Assembly: GCA_048886685.1 (NCBI GenBank)
Contig: JBHLKM010000010.1
Location: forward strand, 55,946 to 119,945
Length of the DNA: 64,000 nt
From: Candidatus Hodarchaeota archaeon
GTDB lineage: Archaea; Asgardarchaeota; Lokiarchaeia; Sigyniarchaeales; SOKP01
Reading direction: 5' to 3'
Notes under the pieces: model-generated
Seen by the model: only the letters and a program-made list of their open reading frames with translations
Told to the model about the DNA's origin: nothing
The model's database searches: none
Part shown: positions 49,392-60,291 of the stretch, one piece after another
How positions within the stretch are numbered: the first letter of the stretch is position 1
How the letters are laid out: the number at the start of each line of letters is the position of its first letter
Position numbers and translations under genes: made by a program

Positions 49392-50123
49392 ATGCTTGAG
49401 ATTAGAAAAGAAAAGGTAAGAAAATTCCAAGAATTTATAGATTACAAGTTTAATAATGAAAAACTTCTGGTTGAAGCATTAACTACCCCAAGGCTGGGAA
49501 ACGAATTAAGGAAACCTAATTATGAATTTTTAGAAATACTAGGAGATGCTGTTATTAAAATTATTTTCATATTAAAATTATATTCTCTAGGGATAAAAGA
49601 TCCTGGTACTATTACAAAAATAAAAGCTTCCTTAGAAAGCGATAAATCCTTAAGAAAAGTTGCACATAAAATGAATTTAAAAGAGTTTGTATTAAAAACT
49701 GAGAAGCAGACAGTTAAAGGAACAAGAATATTAGCTGATATATTCGAAGCAATATGTGGTGCAATTTTTTTGGATTCGAAGAATAACTATACTATTGTTG
49801 AAGAAAAAATGATTAATCCTTTCTATACGGATTTAGATTCTATTATTGATGATTCAGTATTAAATAATAAAAATGTATTATTAGAATTCTTACAGGAAAA
49901 ATTCAAAACTAGTATTGTCATTAAACTTGAGTATAAAAAAGGTGGTTATGAGCATGAGCCAATTTGGGTAGCCAAAAATCCTCAAATTATTAAGAAGAAT
50001 ACCCAAGAGTTATTAATTAATCTCCCTAAAGATCTTAAATCTAATGAATTTGGAAATAAAAAGGATGCTGAAAAGGATATTTACCTCAAAATCTTAAAAT
50101 ATTTAAAAATGAGAGAAAGTTAA
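49392..50123 (+). CDS. rnc: ribonuclease III family protein with C-terminal dsRBD-like region
   Basis: YEFLEILGDAVI signature, LADIFEAICGAIFLD, NKNVLLEFLQ, HEPIW, GNKKDAEK. Confidence 0.85.
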   Translation: MLEIRKEKVRKFQEFIDYKFNNEKLLVEALTTPRLGNELRKPNYEFLEILGDAVIKIIFILKLYSLGIKDPGTITKIKASLESDKSLRKVAHKMNLKEFVLKTEKQTVKGTRILADIFEAICGAIFLDSKNNYTIVEEKMINPFYTDLDSIIDDSVLNNKNVLLEFLQEKFKTSIVIKLEYKKGGYEHEPIWVAKNPQIIKKNTQELLINLPKDLKSNEFGNKKDAEKDIYLKILKYLKMRES

Positions 50124-50183
50124 ACGGTTCCAATTTTAATTTTATATATTTTGTTTTTAGAAGGAATAATAAATCTGATTTTT

Positions 50184-50768
50184 TCAATTCTCTTTTAAGA
50201 ATTCAACTAATTTTTCTAAAGCTTGGCCTCTATGTGAGATTTTATTTTTTTCTTCTATAGATAACTCAGCAAAAGTTTTATCTGGAATGACATTTGGGAT
50301 GAATATAGGATCAAATCCAAATCCTCCTTTACCTCTGATAGCATTGGATACTTTTCCTTCAACTTTTCCTTCAAAAATTAAAGTTTTATCACTTGGTTTA
50401 AAATATAATGCAATCACTGCTAAGAAATGAGCTGATGAGTTACTAAAATCATTAATTAATTTAAGTACCCCCTCATTCCCGATAGTTTGTAAGACATATG
50501 AAGAATATACTCCAGGAAATCCATTAAGTGGCTTATCTACAAAAAAACCAGCATCTTCTATGAAGAAAGAACCTTCTAAATGACATCTTACACTATTTAA
50601 TTTAAATAAAGCTACATCTTTAATTGTTTTTGCTTGGATTTCAGTTGTTTTGATATCTCTTTGTTTTAAAGCATACTTTATATTCTTTTGCTTAAAAAAT
50701 GTCGAAAATTCTCGGAATTTATATGCATTTCCCGTAATAAAGTAAACAGTGTTTTCATCATTGTTCAT
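50184..50768 (-). CDS. rdgB: XTP/dITP diphosphatase (RdgB/HAM1)
   Basis: TGNAYK, EDAG, GFGFDPIF, KNKISHRG. Confidence 0.95.
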   Translation of the reverse strand: MNNDENTVYFITGNAYKFREFSTFFKQKNIKYALKQRDIKTTEIQAKTIKDVALFKLNSVRCHLEGSFFIEDAGFFVDKPLNGFPGVYSSYVLQTIGNEGVLKLINDFSNSSAHFLAVIALYFKPSDKTLIFEGKVEGKVSNAIRGKGGFGFDPIFIPNVIPDKTFAELSIEEKNKISHRGQALEKLVEFLKEN

Positions 50769-50993
50769 ATATATTATAATTATGCTATATTTTTAGTTAT
50801 TTTTTAAATTTAAATAAGAAGCTCAATAAAGATATTTTGATTTCAGTTTTAATTACCAATTAATTTTTTGATCTTGAAAATAAATTTAGTGCTTTTCCAC
50901 AGCTTCATCCAAAACTTTATTTTGTATATTTCTTTATTTATGGTATATTATTATTTTAAAAATCTGTAAAGAAAGAGATTAGATGAGCGAAAA

Positions 50994-51452
50994 ATGGCTC
51001 GGATGCATAGCAGAAAGAAAGGACAAAGTGGTTCCACGAGACCTGCCAGACTGGAGAAACCAGTTTGGGTGGAATTAAGCCCTGATGAAGTTGAAAATGA
51101 GGTTGTCAAGTTAGCTAGAAGAGGACATTCAAAATCAATGATAGGTACTATTATGAGGGATTCTCGTGGAGTTCCCTTAGTTAAAGTTGTTACGGGTAAA
51201 AAAGTAAGTCAAATTCTTGAATCAAATGATATAAAAGATCCACTTCCAGAAGACTTAACCAATTTAATAAGAAAAGCTTTAAATATTAGAAAACATCTCG
51301 AGAACAATCATAAAGATCTAGAAACTAAGAAGGGATTAAATAGAACAGAATCTAAAATATATCGCCTTATAAAATATTATAAAAAGAAAAAAGTATTAGC
51401 TGCCGATTTTAGATATGATCCAGATAAAATCAGAACTTTAGTTGCACGTTAA
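50994..51452 (+). CDS. rps15: 30S ribosomal protein S15 (uS15/S13e)
   Basis: MARMHSRKKGQSGS, LPEDL, ESKIYRLIKYY. Confidence 0.97.
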   Translation: MARMHSRKKGQSGSTRPARLEKPVWVELSPDEVENEVVKLARRGHSKSMIGTIMRDSRGVPLVKVVTGKKVSQILESNDIKDPLPEDLTNLIRKALNIRKHLENNHKDLETKKGLNRTESKIYRLIKYYKKKKVLAADFRYDPDKIRTLVAR

Positions 51453-51466
51453 GGGGAGGATTTACT

Positions 51467-52240
51467 GTGAGTTCAAGAGCAAGAAAAAAAAAACCAAAAA
51501 TTAAGAAAGTTACTTTTAAAGATAAATCTTGGTACCAGATAATAACACCGAAAATATTTAATTTTAAACCGATTGGTGAAATTTTAGGTGTCGAAGATAA
51601 TGTAATAGGAAGAACCATCGAAACTCTTCTTTTTGACTTCACTGGAAAATATACTGATATTAGTTTAAAGTTAAAATTTCAAGTTAATGATGTTAATAAT
51701 GAAGCAAGAAAATGTAACGCTATTTTTATTGGTCATCAATACACAAATGATTTCATTCGTTCACTAATCGGTAGAGGTAGTTCAAAAATACAGACTATAT
51801 TAAATTTAACTACTAAAGATGGATACATTTTTCGAATTACTACAATATGTACAACTTTAAAAAGAGCGAGAAATTCCCAAATTGTTTTGATTCGAAAAAT
51901 AATGAGAGAGATTTTATGGGAATTTGCAAAATCACTTAATCATGAGAAATTTATAGCAGGTGTAATTTATGGTGAATTTCAAAATCAAATACGTAGAGTG
52001 GCTAAAACAATCTACCCTTTAACCAACTGTGTGGTAGTTAAGAGTAAACTTCTCTCTATTCCTGAAGGTGGGGAAGATAGGATAGTACCAGATGATCAAT
52101 TCGATATTGTTGAAGTAGATATTAAAAGATCTCGAAAATCAGAAATAAGACGCTCTGAAAGAATAAATGTTAAGAAACTTGCTCAAACTAAAACTTCTAC
52201 TTCAGGGGATACAGATAATAACGAGGATGACGTAGAATAG
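51467..52240 (+). CDS. rps3ae: 30S ribosomal protein S3Ae (eS1)
   Basis: KSWYQIITP, GRTIETLL, TKDGY, IYPL. Confidence 0.93.
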   Translation: MSSRARKKKPKIKKVTFKDKSWYQIITPKIFNFKPIGEILGVEDNVIGRTIETLLFDFTGKYTDISLKLKFQVNDVNNEARKCNAIFIGHQYTNDFIRSLIGRGSSKIQTILNLTTKDGYIFRITTICTTLKRARNSQIVLIRKIMREILWEFAKSLNHEKFIAGVIYGEFQNQIRRVAKTIYPLTNCVVVKSKLLSIPEGGEDRIVPDDQFDIVEVDIKRSRKSEIRRSERINVKKLAQTKTSTSGDTDNNEDDVE

Positions 52241-52402
52241 CCTAATCCCTAATAAAACTATTACTTAATCTAAAATATCAATAAAATTAAGAATAAACTT
52301 CATTTTACACATAAAGTAATTTATTCTTAAAATCATATATTTATATAAAATCTATTCTATTATTTTTATAGCCCGTAAATTATTAAGAATTAGGGAAAAA
52401 TT

Positions 52403-54148
52403 ATGTCAAATCAAGAGGGAGATCGTAATAATCAATATAATTTTGATGATTTTTTGTTAGTTAGAGATAATTTTAACTATTACTCTGATGATAAGTTTTT
52501 TCAAGAATTAGTTAGAAAATATACTGGAGATGAGTTTGAACAAATTGATCGGGAGCTTAGAGCACTCTCGGATTATGTTTCATTTAGATTCAAAAATCTA
52601 GCCGAAAAAGCAAATGAGTTAGAAAATCGAATAAAAGTTACAAAACTAAAACACTACGATGCTCATAATCATAGGATTGATAGAATAGAACGTTGTTTGG
52701 AGACTGAAACATTAGAACAAGAAATTTTTAGTCTCGGTCTTTTTGATCCTATAAGAAATAGTCCTTGGAGTAGATTTGTTAAAATGTTTGTGCTATATGA
52801 GAATGGAGAGGCTGGTGTTATGTGCCCCGTGGCGTGTTCGCATGGAGCTGTTGAGCTTATGCAGAAGTTTAAGGATATTTTGGGTCCTGAAGCGAAAAAA
52901 ATTCTTGAACATATGAGAGATGGAAAAAATGGAGAATACGCTAGGGGAGCGCAATTTGTAACCGAAATACAAGGTGGAAGCGATATTCCTTCCAATCTTG
53001 TAGAAGCAGTTTTTGAAACTGAAGAGGGTGCAGATGGAATTTCAAATTGTTGGAGGTTATATGGGCAAAAATTTTTCTGTTCAGCAACTCATGCTGACTA
53101 TGCTATTGTTACAGCAAAACCAAAAGGTGTGGAATCTTCTACTAAAGTCGCGGCCTTTGTTGTACCTTCCTGGCTTCCTGGAAATAAAGAGAAAGAAATA
53201 AGAAACTCATATACTATTGATAGGTTAAAACAAAAGTTGGGAACTGCAGAGTTACCTACCGCAGAAATCACCTATAACGGAGCAGTAGCATATCCTGTAG
53301 GTCCTCTTGAAAAGGGTCTCGCTAATGTTGTTGGTATAGTCCTTTCACTTTCTAGACTTCATGTGGCTGTTGGAATGGCTGCTGGTGCTTTAAGGGTAGC
53401 AAGGGAAGCAATATTATATTCACAATTTAGAAGTGCTTTTGGAGTTCCAATTTCTTCATTTCCATTAATGATTAACCAAATAAAAGATTTAGAACATTAT
53501 TCTAAGAGAAGCGCTGCTGGAGCATTTAAAGTCTATTCAGAATATATTCATTTTGGAGAAGAATTGATTAGTGGTATAAGAGAATTGGAAAAAATAGATA
53601 ATATCGAAGAACGTAAACGCCGTTTCAGATTACGTGAATTAGTAATGCTGCAAAAAATCGTAGTTGCTGATGAAGCTCCAGCGATGATACGTAAAGCAAT
53701 TTCATTTTTTGGGGGTCATGGTATTATGGAAGATTTCTTATCTTTTCCACGATTACATCGTGATTCTATGATCATGGAATTATGGGAGGGGCCCAGGAAC
53801 GTTCTTCTAGCTCAGATTCATCGAGATCTCTCGAGAGTAAAAGAATGGTATCCTTTAGAAGACTTTTGTAGAGATTTACTAAAGGGAACTGATTCTGATA
53901 ATATGGAAAAATATATATCAGAATTCACGAGAATAATGTCTCATGAAAGTCTTCTTACAAATGATCAAAAAACATTAGCAATCTGTCGTGATTGGGAAGG
54001 ATTTTCGAATAAGCTATTTATTGCATATCAAGAACAAGCTCTTAGAGAACTTAATTATAAGGGTGAACCATTGAAATTTTCAAAATTATTACGTGAATTT
54101 AAAAAAAAGAAGAACCAAGAACTTCAAGTAGAAATGGTAGTTCAATAA
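52403..54148 (+). CDS. acyl-CoA dehydrogenase (AidB-like)
   Basis: TEIQGGSD, GQKFFCS, RLKQKLGT, LWEGPRNV. Confidence 0.88.
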   Translation: MSNQEGDRNNQYNFDDFLLVRDNFNYYSDDKFFQELVRKYTGDEFEQIDRELRALSDYVSFRFKNLAEKANELENRIKVTKLKHYDAHNHRIDRIERCLETETLEQEIFSLGLFDPIRNSPWSRFVKMFVLYENGEAGVMCPVACSHGAVELMQKFKDILGPEAKKILEHMRDGKNGEYARGAQFVTEIQGGSDIPSNLVEAVFETEEGADGISNCWRLYGQKFFCSATHADYAIVTAKPKGVESSTKVAAFVVPSWLPGNKEKEIRNSYTIDRLKQKLGTAELPTAEITYNGAVAYPVGPLEKGLANVVGIVLSLSRLHVAVGMAAGALRVAREAILYSQFRSAFGVPISSFPLMINQIKDLEHYSKRSAAGAFKVYSEYIHFGEELISGIRELEKIDNIEERKRRFRLRELVMLQKIVVADEAPAMIRKAISFFGGHGIMEDFLSFPRLHRDSMIMELWEGPRNVLLAQIHRDLSRVKEWYPLEDFCRDLLKGTDSDNMEKYISEFTRIMSHESLLTNDQKTLAICRDWEGFSNKLFIAYQEQALRELNYKGEPLKFSKLLREFKKKKNQELQVEMVVQ

Positions 54149-54158
54149 AATTTATTAA

Positions 54159-55451
54159 TTAAATGAGAGTGGATTTTTTTATAATTTTACCACTTGAATC
54201 TTGATAGTAGAGCGAATTGGGTGCTACATCTTCATTAACTAGAGTGTGTGCTCCGATAATAGAATTTTCACCTACCTTTTTTCCACACATGATACTTGCA
54301 TTGATGCCTGTTTGAGAATTTGGTCCTAAAATTGCGCCTAACTTTCTTAGTTTTGAATCAATTAATTTTCCATTTATATTCATCTTTATATTCTGATTAT
54401 CAAAACGGAGGTTGGACAATTTTGTACCAGCGCCAAGATTAACATTTTCACATATAATTGAATCTCCTACGTAATTAAAGTGTGGAATAGCTGAATTTGA
54501 AAAGACTAAAGAATTTTTTACTTCACTCATTCCAACATGACAACTATCATTAATAGATGTGTACGGTCGAATAAATGCATTCGGTCCAATTAAACAATTT
54601 TCACCAATATAGCAAGGTCCCTCGATATAAGATCCCGATTTGATAATTGAATTTTTTCCAATATAAACATTCCCAGAAATAGTAACATTTTCTTCAATCG
54701 TACCTAAAATTTGGGCTTCTAACTTTTTTAGTAGATAATTGTTTACTTCGAATATTTGCCATGGAAGCCCTAAATCATTCCAATAAAGATTTCTGATGAT
54801 ATAACCCTTGATTTTTCCACCTAATTCCCTAATTAAGATCTCCATGGAATCTGTAAACTCATATTCATTTCTAATAGATTTTTTTGTTCTTTCAATTGCT
54901 TCAAATATCAAAGAATTAAAGATATAGATTCCTGCATTTGCCAAATTTCCTAATTTCAAATTTGAAGAAGGTTTTTCAGTAATTTGTTCTACAAAACCGT
55001 CTCTATTTAAAGAAATAATTCCATAATTTTGAGGGTTATCAACTTCTAATATGGTTAATAAACCCTCAATTTTCTTTTTATTATATTCATTTAATATATT
55101 TTTAAAGATATCTGATTCTATATATAAATCTCCATACAACATTAGAAATGGTTCATCATCAATAGAATCTCTTACCTGATTTGCCGCGTGTGCTGTTCCT
55201 AGATACTCTTTTTGAGTGATATATTCAATTTTTACATCTAATTCGGTGATATTGTTATTAAAATGGTTCCGGATCACATCTTCTTTATAACCAATAATTA
55301 ATATGATATGGTCTATCCCAGCTTCTTTTAAACCTATAATTGTATGCTCCAACAGAGGCTTGCCAATGAGAGGAATCATAGGTTTTGGTTGTGAAGATGT
55401 TATAGGTCGTAACCTCTTTCCCTCACCTGCAGCTAATATGACAGCTTTCAT
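54159..55451 (-). CDS. glmU: bifunctional sugar-1-phosphate nucleotidylyltransferase/acetyltransferase
   Basis: ILAAGEGKRLRP...PKPM; LbH domain with HFNYVGDS, NLGAGT. Confidence 0.88.
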   Translation of the reverse strand: MKAVILAAGEGKRLRPITSSQPKPMIPLIGKPLLEHTIIGLKEAGIDHIILIIGYKEDVIRNHFNNNITELDVKIEYITQKEYLGTAHAANQVRDSIDDEPFLMLYGDLYIESDIFKNILNEYNKKKIEGLLTILEVDNPQNYGIISLNRDGFVEQITEKPSSNLKLGNLANAGIYIFNSLIFEAIERTKKSIRNEYEFTDSMEILIRELGGKIKGYIIRNLYWNDLGLPWQIFEVNNYLLKKLEAQILGTIEENVTISGNVYIGKNSIIKSGSYIEGPCYIGENCLIGPNAFIRPYTSINDSCHVGMSEVKNSLVFSNSAIPHFNYVGDSIICENVNLGAGTKLSNLRFDNQNIKMNINGKLIDSKLRKLGAILGPNSQTGINASIMCGKKVGENSIIGAHTLVNEDVAPNSLYYQDSSGKIIKKSTLI

Positions 55452-55478
55452 AAGTAAAATTAGATATTTTTTTATAAT

Positions 55479-56372
55479 TTACTTATCAAATTGATTAACA
55501 ACTTCATCAAGATGTTGCTTTAAGTGTTTAAAGGGTTTTAAATCCCCAGCAAATTCCTGGGTAAAAATGGTATCTAGTGCCATTTTAGATTTAAATTGTT
55601 TAAAAATATCCTTGATTTTATAGAAATTCCCAGAAGCAACAAAATCTAATGAATAGCCATTAATATTATCAAATAATATAATCATTTTGTTTTTGATATC
55701 TTCAGTATCAATGAGATGAATTTCTTTTATTCTTGTTTTTGCTCGGATTTGAGTATTCATTGAAATAGTTTCTAATTTTGCAGAAAGATCTGATGTGAAT
55801 AGTTCAATATTTTCATTGGTTTTTTCCTGTGTTAAATTCATTAGTAAATTTGTGTCATAAAGTTGAGATATAATAGGTAATCCCTGTGATGATATTCCTG
55901 CATAAAGGATTGAATTTTTATAATCATTCTCATTCTCGTCAAAAATTATCTCCTCTTCTAATGGTTCTGTATACTTTTCTTTCAAGTAGGTTGTAATTAA
56001 AGAGATTATCTCTTTGAATGTAGATTCTTCGGAAGCACTTTTTAATTCAGCTAGATTTTTATAGTGGAGATTGACTTGTTTACTAAATTCATTCACAGTA
56101 TTAGAAGATTCCTCAGAACCTACATTAAAATTACCAATAATACAAAAAAACAAGTTCTGCTGTTTCTTTGTAACTATATGCTTTACTATTATTCTTTCTT
56201 GTCCTATTTTATGATCCTTATAACAGATTTTTTTCAATCGCCAAGTATTTCTAGGATTGATACTACGCAATAATTTTTCTAAAAAAAGAATTATCTCAAA
56301 TGAATTATACTTTTTACTATCTGAACAATATAAAACATCTTCTTCTAATATAATTGCAAAGCCAGTGATCAT
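55479..56372 (-). CDS. hypothetical protein, probable tandem longin-like domains
   Basis: Two repeats of a beta-beta-alpha-beta-beta-beta-alpha pattern (MITGFAIILEEDVLY...; ILYAGISSQGLPIISQLY...). Confidence 0.5.
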   Translation of the reverse strand: MITGFAIILEEDVLYCSDSKKYNSFEIILFLEKLLRSINPRNTWRLKKICYKDHKIGQERIIVKHIVTKKQQNLFFCIIGNFNVGSEESSNTVNEFSKQVNLHYKNLAELKSASEESTFKEIISLITTYLKEKYTEPLEEEIIFDENENDYKNSILYAGISSQGLPIISQLYDTNLLMNLTQEKTNENIELFTSDLSAKLETISMNTQIRAKTRIKEIHLIDTEDIKNKMIILFDNINGYSLDFVASGNFYKIKDIFKQFKSKMALDTIFTQEFAGDLKPFKHLKQHLDEVVNQFDK

Positions 56373-56563
56373 AGAAAAAACTCTAAGAATGTTTGAAAAG
56401 ATAATTAATGAGCTCTTATATGGTTACTAACTTTTAAGAAATATATTTTTTTTTAAATTAATTAAATCTCAGAATTAAAATTTTTCCAAAATCATAGCTA
56501 TAAATTTATTAGCGATACAACTCTTAAGAAATTAATAATTGACGGAGTAATATTTTTATCCAT

Positions 56564-57370
56564 ATGAAACCACTGGAACTATCTGAAAGAGAAAAAGTTA
56601 AGAAAGCCGCGGAGTTACTTGCAAATTCTAAAAATTCTATAGTATTAACTGGAGCAGGAATTTCGACAGAATCTGGTATTCCTGACTTTAGAGGAGAAGG
56701 TGGAATTTGGGATAAATACAAACCTGAAATTTATGGTAATATAGAATCTTTTCTAAAAGATCCTTCAAAATTTTGGAAAATGGCAGAAGATATAGCTCCC
56801 ACTCTTTTTGATGCTAAACCAAATCCTGGTCATTTTGCTTTAGCTGAACTTGAAAAATTGAAAATAATAAAAGCGATTATCACTCAGAATGTGGATGAGT
56901 TACATCAAAAAGCTGGTGCAGTTATTGTTTATGAAGTTCATGGAAATATTAACAGATTTACTTGTTTTGGATGTGGTGCAAGTTATAATAAAGAACAGGT
57001 TTTAAAAAAGTTAAAAAGGGGAAAAAAATCAACACCTCTTTGTGATTATTGTGGAGCGCCATTGAAACCTTCTGTAGTCTTATTTGGAGAGGATCTCCCT
57101 AAATTTGAAAAATATATGTCTATTGATTTGGCAAAGAAAGCTGATGTAATGTTAATTGCGGGATCTTCCTTAACTGTGGCTCCAATATGTGACTTACCTG
57201 TATATACTCTAAGTGGAGGTGGTAAATTAATAATTGCGAATGACCAACCTACTCATTTGGATGATGCAGCAGAAATATTATTCAAAAATAAAACAGGTAT
57301 AATATTACCGTTAATTGTTGAAGAAATAAAAAAGATTAAAATAGAACACGAATCTGAATTTAACAGATAG
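56564..57370 (+). CDS. cobB: NAD-dependent protein deacylase (Sir2)
   Basis: TGAGISTESGIPDFRG, TQNVDELH, HG, CxxC pairs. Confidence 0.95.
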   Translation: MKPLELSEREKVKKAAELLANSKNSIVLTGAGISTESGIPDFRGEGGIWDKYKPEIYGNIESFLKDPSKFWKMAEDIAPTLFDAKPNPGHFALAELEKLKIIKAIITQNVDELHQKAGAVIVYEVHGNINRFTCFGCGASYNKEQVLKKLKRGKKSTPLCDYCGAPLKPSVVLFGEDLPKFEKYMSIDLAKKADVMLIAGSSLTVAPICDLPVYTLSGGGKLIIANDQPTHLDDAAEILFKNKTGIILPLIVEEIKKIKIEHESEFNR

Positions 57371-58954
57371 ATGTATAATGAAAATTTAATTGTTAAAGAT
57401 TGGAGAGTAATAGATTTTTCTTTTGGGTTGATATACCCTAATGTGTATAAGATAGGGATGTCATCATATTCTATTAGGTTGCTTTATGATTTAATTAATT
57501 CTTATGATAATATCGCTTGTGAACGTATATTTTTACCTGATAATATTAAATTTCCGGCATCATGTGATTATTCTTCAGAAAATTTTGTAAGATCAATAGA
57601 AAATAAAGTATTGCCAAGGGATTTTGATATCTTAGGCTTTTCACTACATTTTGAAAATGATTTTAGGAATATTTTATGGATTTTAGAAAAGGCGAATATT
57701 CCCATTACATTTCAAAAAAGACAAGAATTAATAAGAAATGAGAATTTTAATTTTCCTCTAATCATTGGAGGAGGTCCTGTAGTTACATCTAATCCTACCT
57801 CTTTAAGCAAAATATTTGATATTCTCTTTATTGGTGATGCAGAGCCAAATTTAGATATGTTTTTTAAATTATTCCAAGATTACAAAGACCAAAGAATATC
57901 TTATTCAAAATTTCTAAATGATTTAAAAATAATAGAAGGTATATACATCCCATCATTAAATAATAAAGCAAAAAGAGCTGTTCTTAAGAATTTAGATAAC
58001 TCTCCTATCCCAATTAACCAATTAATGGTGAAATTATCTAAATATGAGTCTATTTTTGAAAGAAACTTTTTTATTGAAACAAATCGAGGTTGTCCTTATC
58101 AATGTAAGTTTTGTATATCATCCTTTCATAATTCTCCCTTTAGAAATAGAAGCTATGAAAATATAATTACTGTAATTGATAACGCCCTAGAGATTTTAGA
58201 TTTTGATACATTTAGCCTAATAGGATCTTGTGTTTCATCTCATCCAAAATTCCAACAAATTTGTGAATATATAATCAGTAGGGGAAAAAGATTAACTCTA
58301 CCTTCATTGCGTATTGAGCACCTTACTCCAGAAATAATTCAAATTCTTGAATCAGGAGGTATAAAGACTATTACAGTTGCTCCTGAGGCAGGATCAGAGA
58401 GTCTAAGATATGCATTAGGAAAAATGATATCAAATGATAAAATAATTTCGGTTTTATCTCAAATAAAGGATTCAGAGATTAGAAATGTTAAGTTCTACTT
58501 TTTAATTGGTTTACCTAATGAAAATGAAAAAGATATAGAGGAAATAATTGATTTATTAAAATCTATTGATAAACTAGGTTTTAAAAGTAACTCGCTAAGA
58601 GTAAATATAAACCCTCTTATCCCAAAATTAAATACTCCTTATGAAAAAAAAATTAATTTTTACTTTGATAAAGAATTAAACAAACTGATTCTAAAATATC
58701 AGAAAATTGAAAAAGAACTAAAAAAATTACACTCAATCAAAATAAAATTCATGAAATATAAGACAATAGTGAAAAACGCGCGTCTTCAAACATTAATCTC
58801 TTTAGGAGATAATAAAGTCTCAGATGTTCTTATAAATTATTATCAAAATGGTGCAAATTTTGGAGCTTTAAAAAAAGCAGAGAAAAATCTCCACTTTTTG
58901 ATGGATAATTATCTATTAAAAATTAAAGAATGTTATAGTCCTTGGAAAATATAA
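57371..58954 (+). CDS. radical SAM protein (B12-binding-like N-terminal domain)
   Basis: RGCPYQCKFC, TVAPEAGSESLR, YFLIGLP. Confidence 0.88.
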   Translation: MYNENLIVKDWRVIDFSFGLIYPNVYKIGMSSYSIRLLYDLINSYDNIACERIFLPDNIKFPASCDYSSENFVRSIENKVLPRDFDILGFSLHFENDFRNILWILEKANIPITFQKRQELIRNENFNFPLIIGGGPVVTSNPTSLSKIFDILFIGDAEPNLDMFFKLFQDYKDQRISYSKFLNDLKIIEGIYIPSLNNKAKRAVLKNLDNSPIPINQLMVKLSKYESIFERNFFIETNRGCPYQCKFCISSFHNSPFRNRSYENIITVIDNALEILDFDTFSLIGSCVSSHPKFQQICEYIISRGKRLTLPSLRIEHLTPEIIQILESGGIKTITVAPEAGSESLRYALGKMISNDKIISVLSQIKDSEIRNVKFYFLIGLPNENEKDIEEIIDLLKSIDKLGFKSNSLRVNINPLIPKLNTPYEKKINFYFDKELNKLILKYQKIEKELKKLHSIKIKFMKYKTIVKNARLQTLISLGDNKVSDVLINYYQNGANFGALKKAEKNLHFLMDNYLLKIKECYSPWKI

Positions 58955-58976
58955 AATAAATAAAAAAAAAGAATTC

Positions 58977-59480
58977 TTAATCAATTTTTTTGAACATTTT
59001 TCTTACTGTCCCACAAACAGGACATTTTTCTGGCGGTTCTTCTTCATGAGTGTAACCGCATACTGGACATATGTAAATATCTTGCTTTTCTAAATCCTTA
59101 CCTTTTTCAACTGCTTCTAAAGCAATTTCGTAGAGTTTATGATGAATTTTTTCGACTTCATTAGCATAGTTAAAGGTTCTTTCAGCACCTTTATTATCTT
59201 CAGCTTTAGCATCTTCAATGAATTCAGGGTACATTTTTGTAAATTCATGATGCTCTCCCTCTACGGCTGCTTGAATATTTTCTTTAGTTGATTTTATACC
59301 TCCAAGTTCTCTGAGATGGTTATGAGCATGAACCGTTTCAGCAGCAGCAGCAGCTCTAAAAAGCTTTGCTACTTGTGGAAATCCATCTTTATCTGCCTTC
59401 TCAGCAAAAGCCAAATATTTACGATTTGCTTGCGATTCACCTGCAAATGCAGCTTTTAGATTTTCTTCTGATCTAGTCAT
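58977..59480 (-). CDS. rbr: rubrerythrin
   Basis: AFAGESQANRKY, ExxH motifs, CPVCG...CPVCG. Confidence 0.95.
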   Translation of the reverse strand: MTRSEENLKAAFAGESQANRKYLAFAEKADKDGFPQVAKLFRAAAAAETVHAHNHLRELGGIKSTKENIQAAVEGEHHEFTKMYPEFIEDAKAEDNKGAERTFNYANEVEKIHHKLYEIALEAVEKGKDLEKQDIYICPVCGYTHEEEPPEKCPVCGTVRKMFKKID

Positions 59481-60291
59481 ATTTTTTTCACATTGAAGAA
59501 ATTTTATTTTAAGATTATATTAAGAGATTTTTTAATTTGGGTTTTATAATTAATAAATTAAATTCTAATATTGTGGAATTCTCTTCTAAAATTAATAGTG
59601 CCAAATTTAAAAATATAAAGATAAAATCTAAAGCTTAATTTGATATTACAATTTTTATTTTGTTCACAACCTTATTTAAGTAATGTTCGGCTAAGCCAAA
59701 TTTTACATTTAAACTAAATATTAATATAATAAAATAAGTATCAAGCACATAATCAGAAAAAATAAATTTCTTATCTCTAAAAGTGAGGAACAATTTTAGA
59801 ATTGAATTATTATGAATTTTAACGCGGCAATCGACCTCCTTTAAAAACTTTTTCAAATCTAACTTGTCATAAGAAGAAAAAATTACATGTTCTCTGTCAG
59901 TTAGAAGAACTAATCCCTCTATATCGTCTATTGAAGTTAAATCCTTTAAACAGGCAATAATTATTAATTAATTTTTTCTTAATTTAGATCTCAAATTATT
60001 CAATTAATTTTCTATTTAGAGAAATAGATTTCATTAAAATAACGCTTGTGTAAAAGTTAATTCCAATATTTCCGATTTGTAAATAAATATTTCTTAGTAA
60101 TTTTTGGATTAAATGTGAGTTACGTCCCAATTTTTATATATTTTTGATATTGCAAAATCTGTATTTAGAGCATTGTTATTCATCGTTTAAGATGATCTGA
60201 CCTTAAAGTTTAAAAATAAGGAAGACGGAATAATATTTAAAATATAAATTTATTTAAAACTCTTTAAAATCATTATAGGAGGAATAAAAAA

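Noticed and set aside
59635-59856. 73-aa ORF in the rbr-histone gap
   Set aside because: TTG start, AT-rich low-information sequence and no recognisable motif; probably non-coding.
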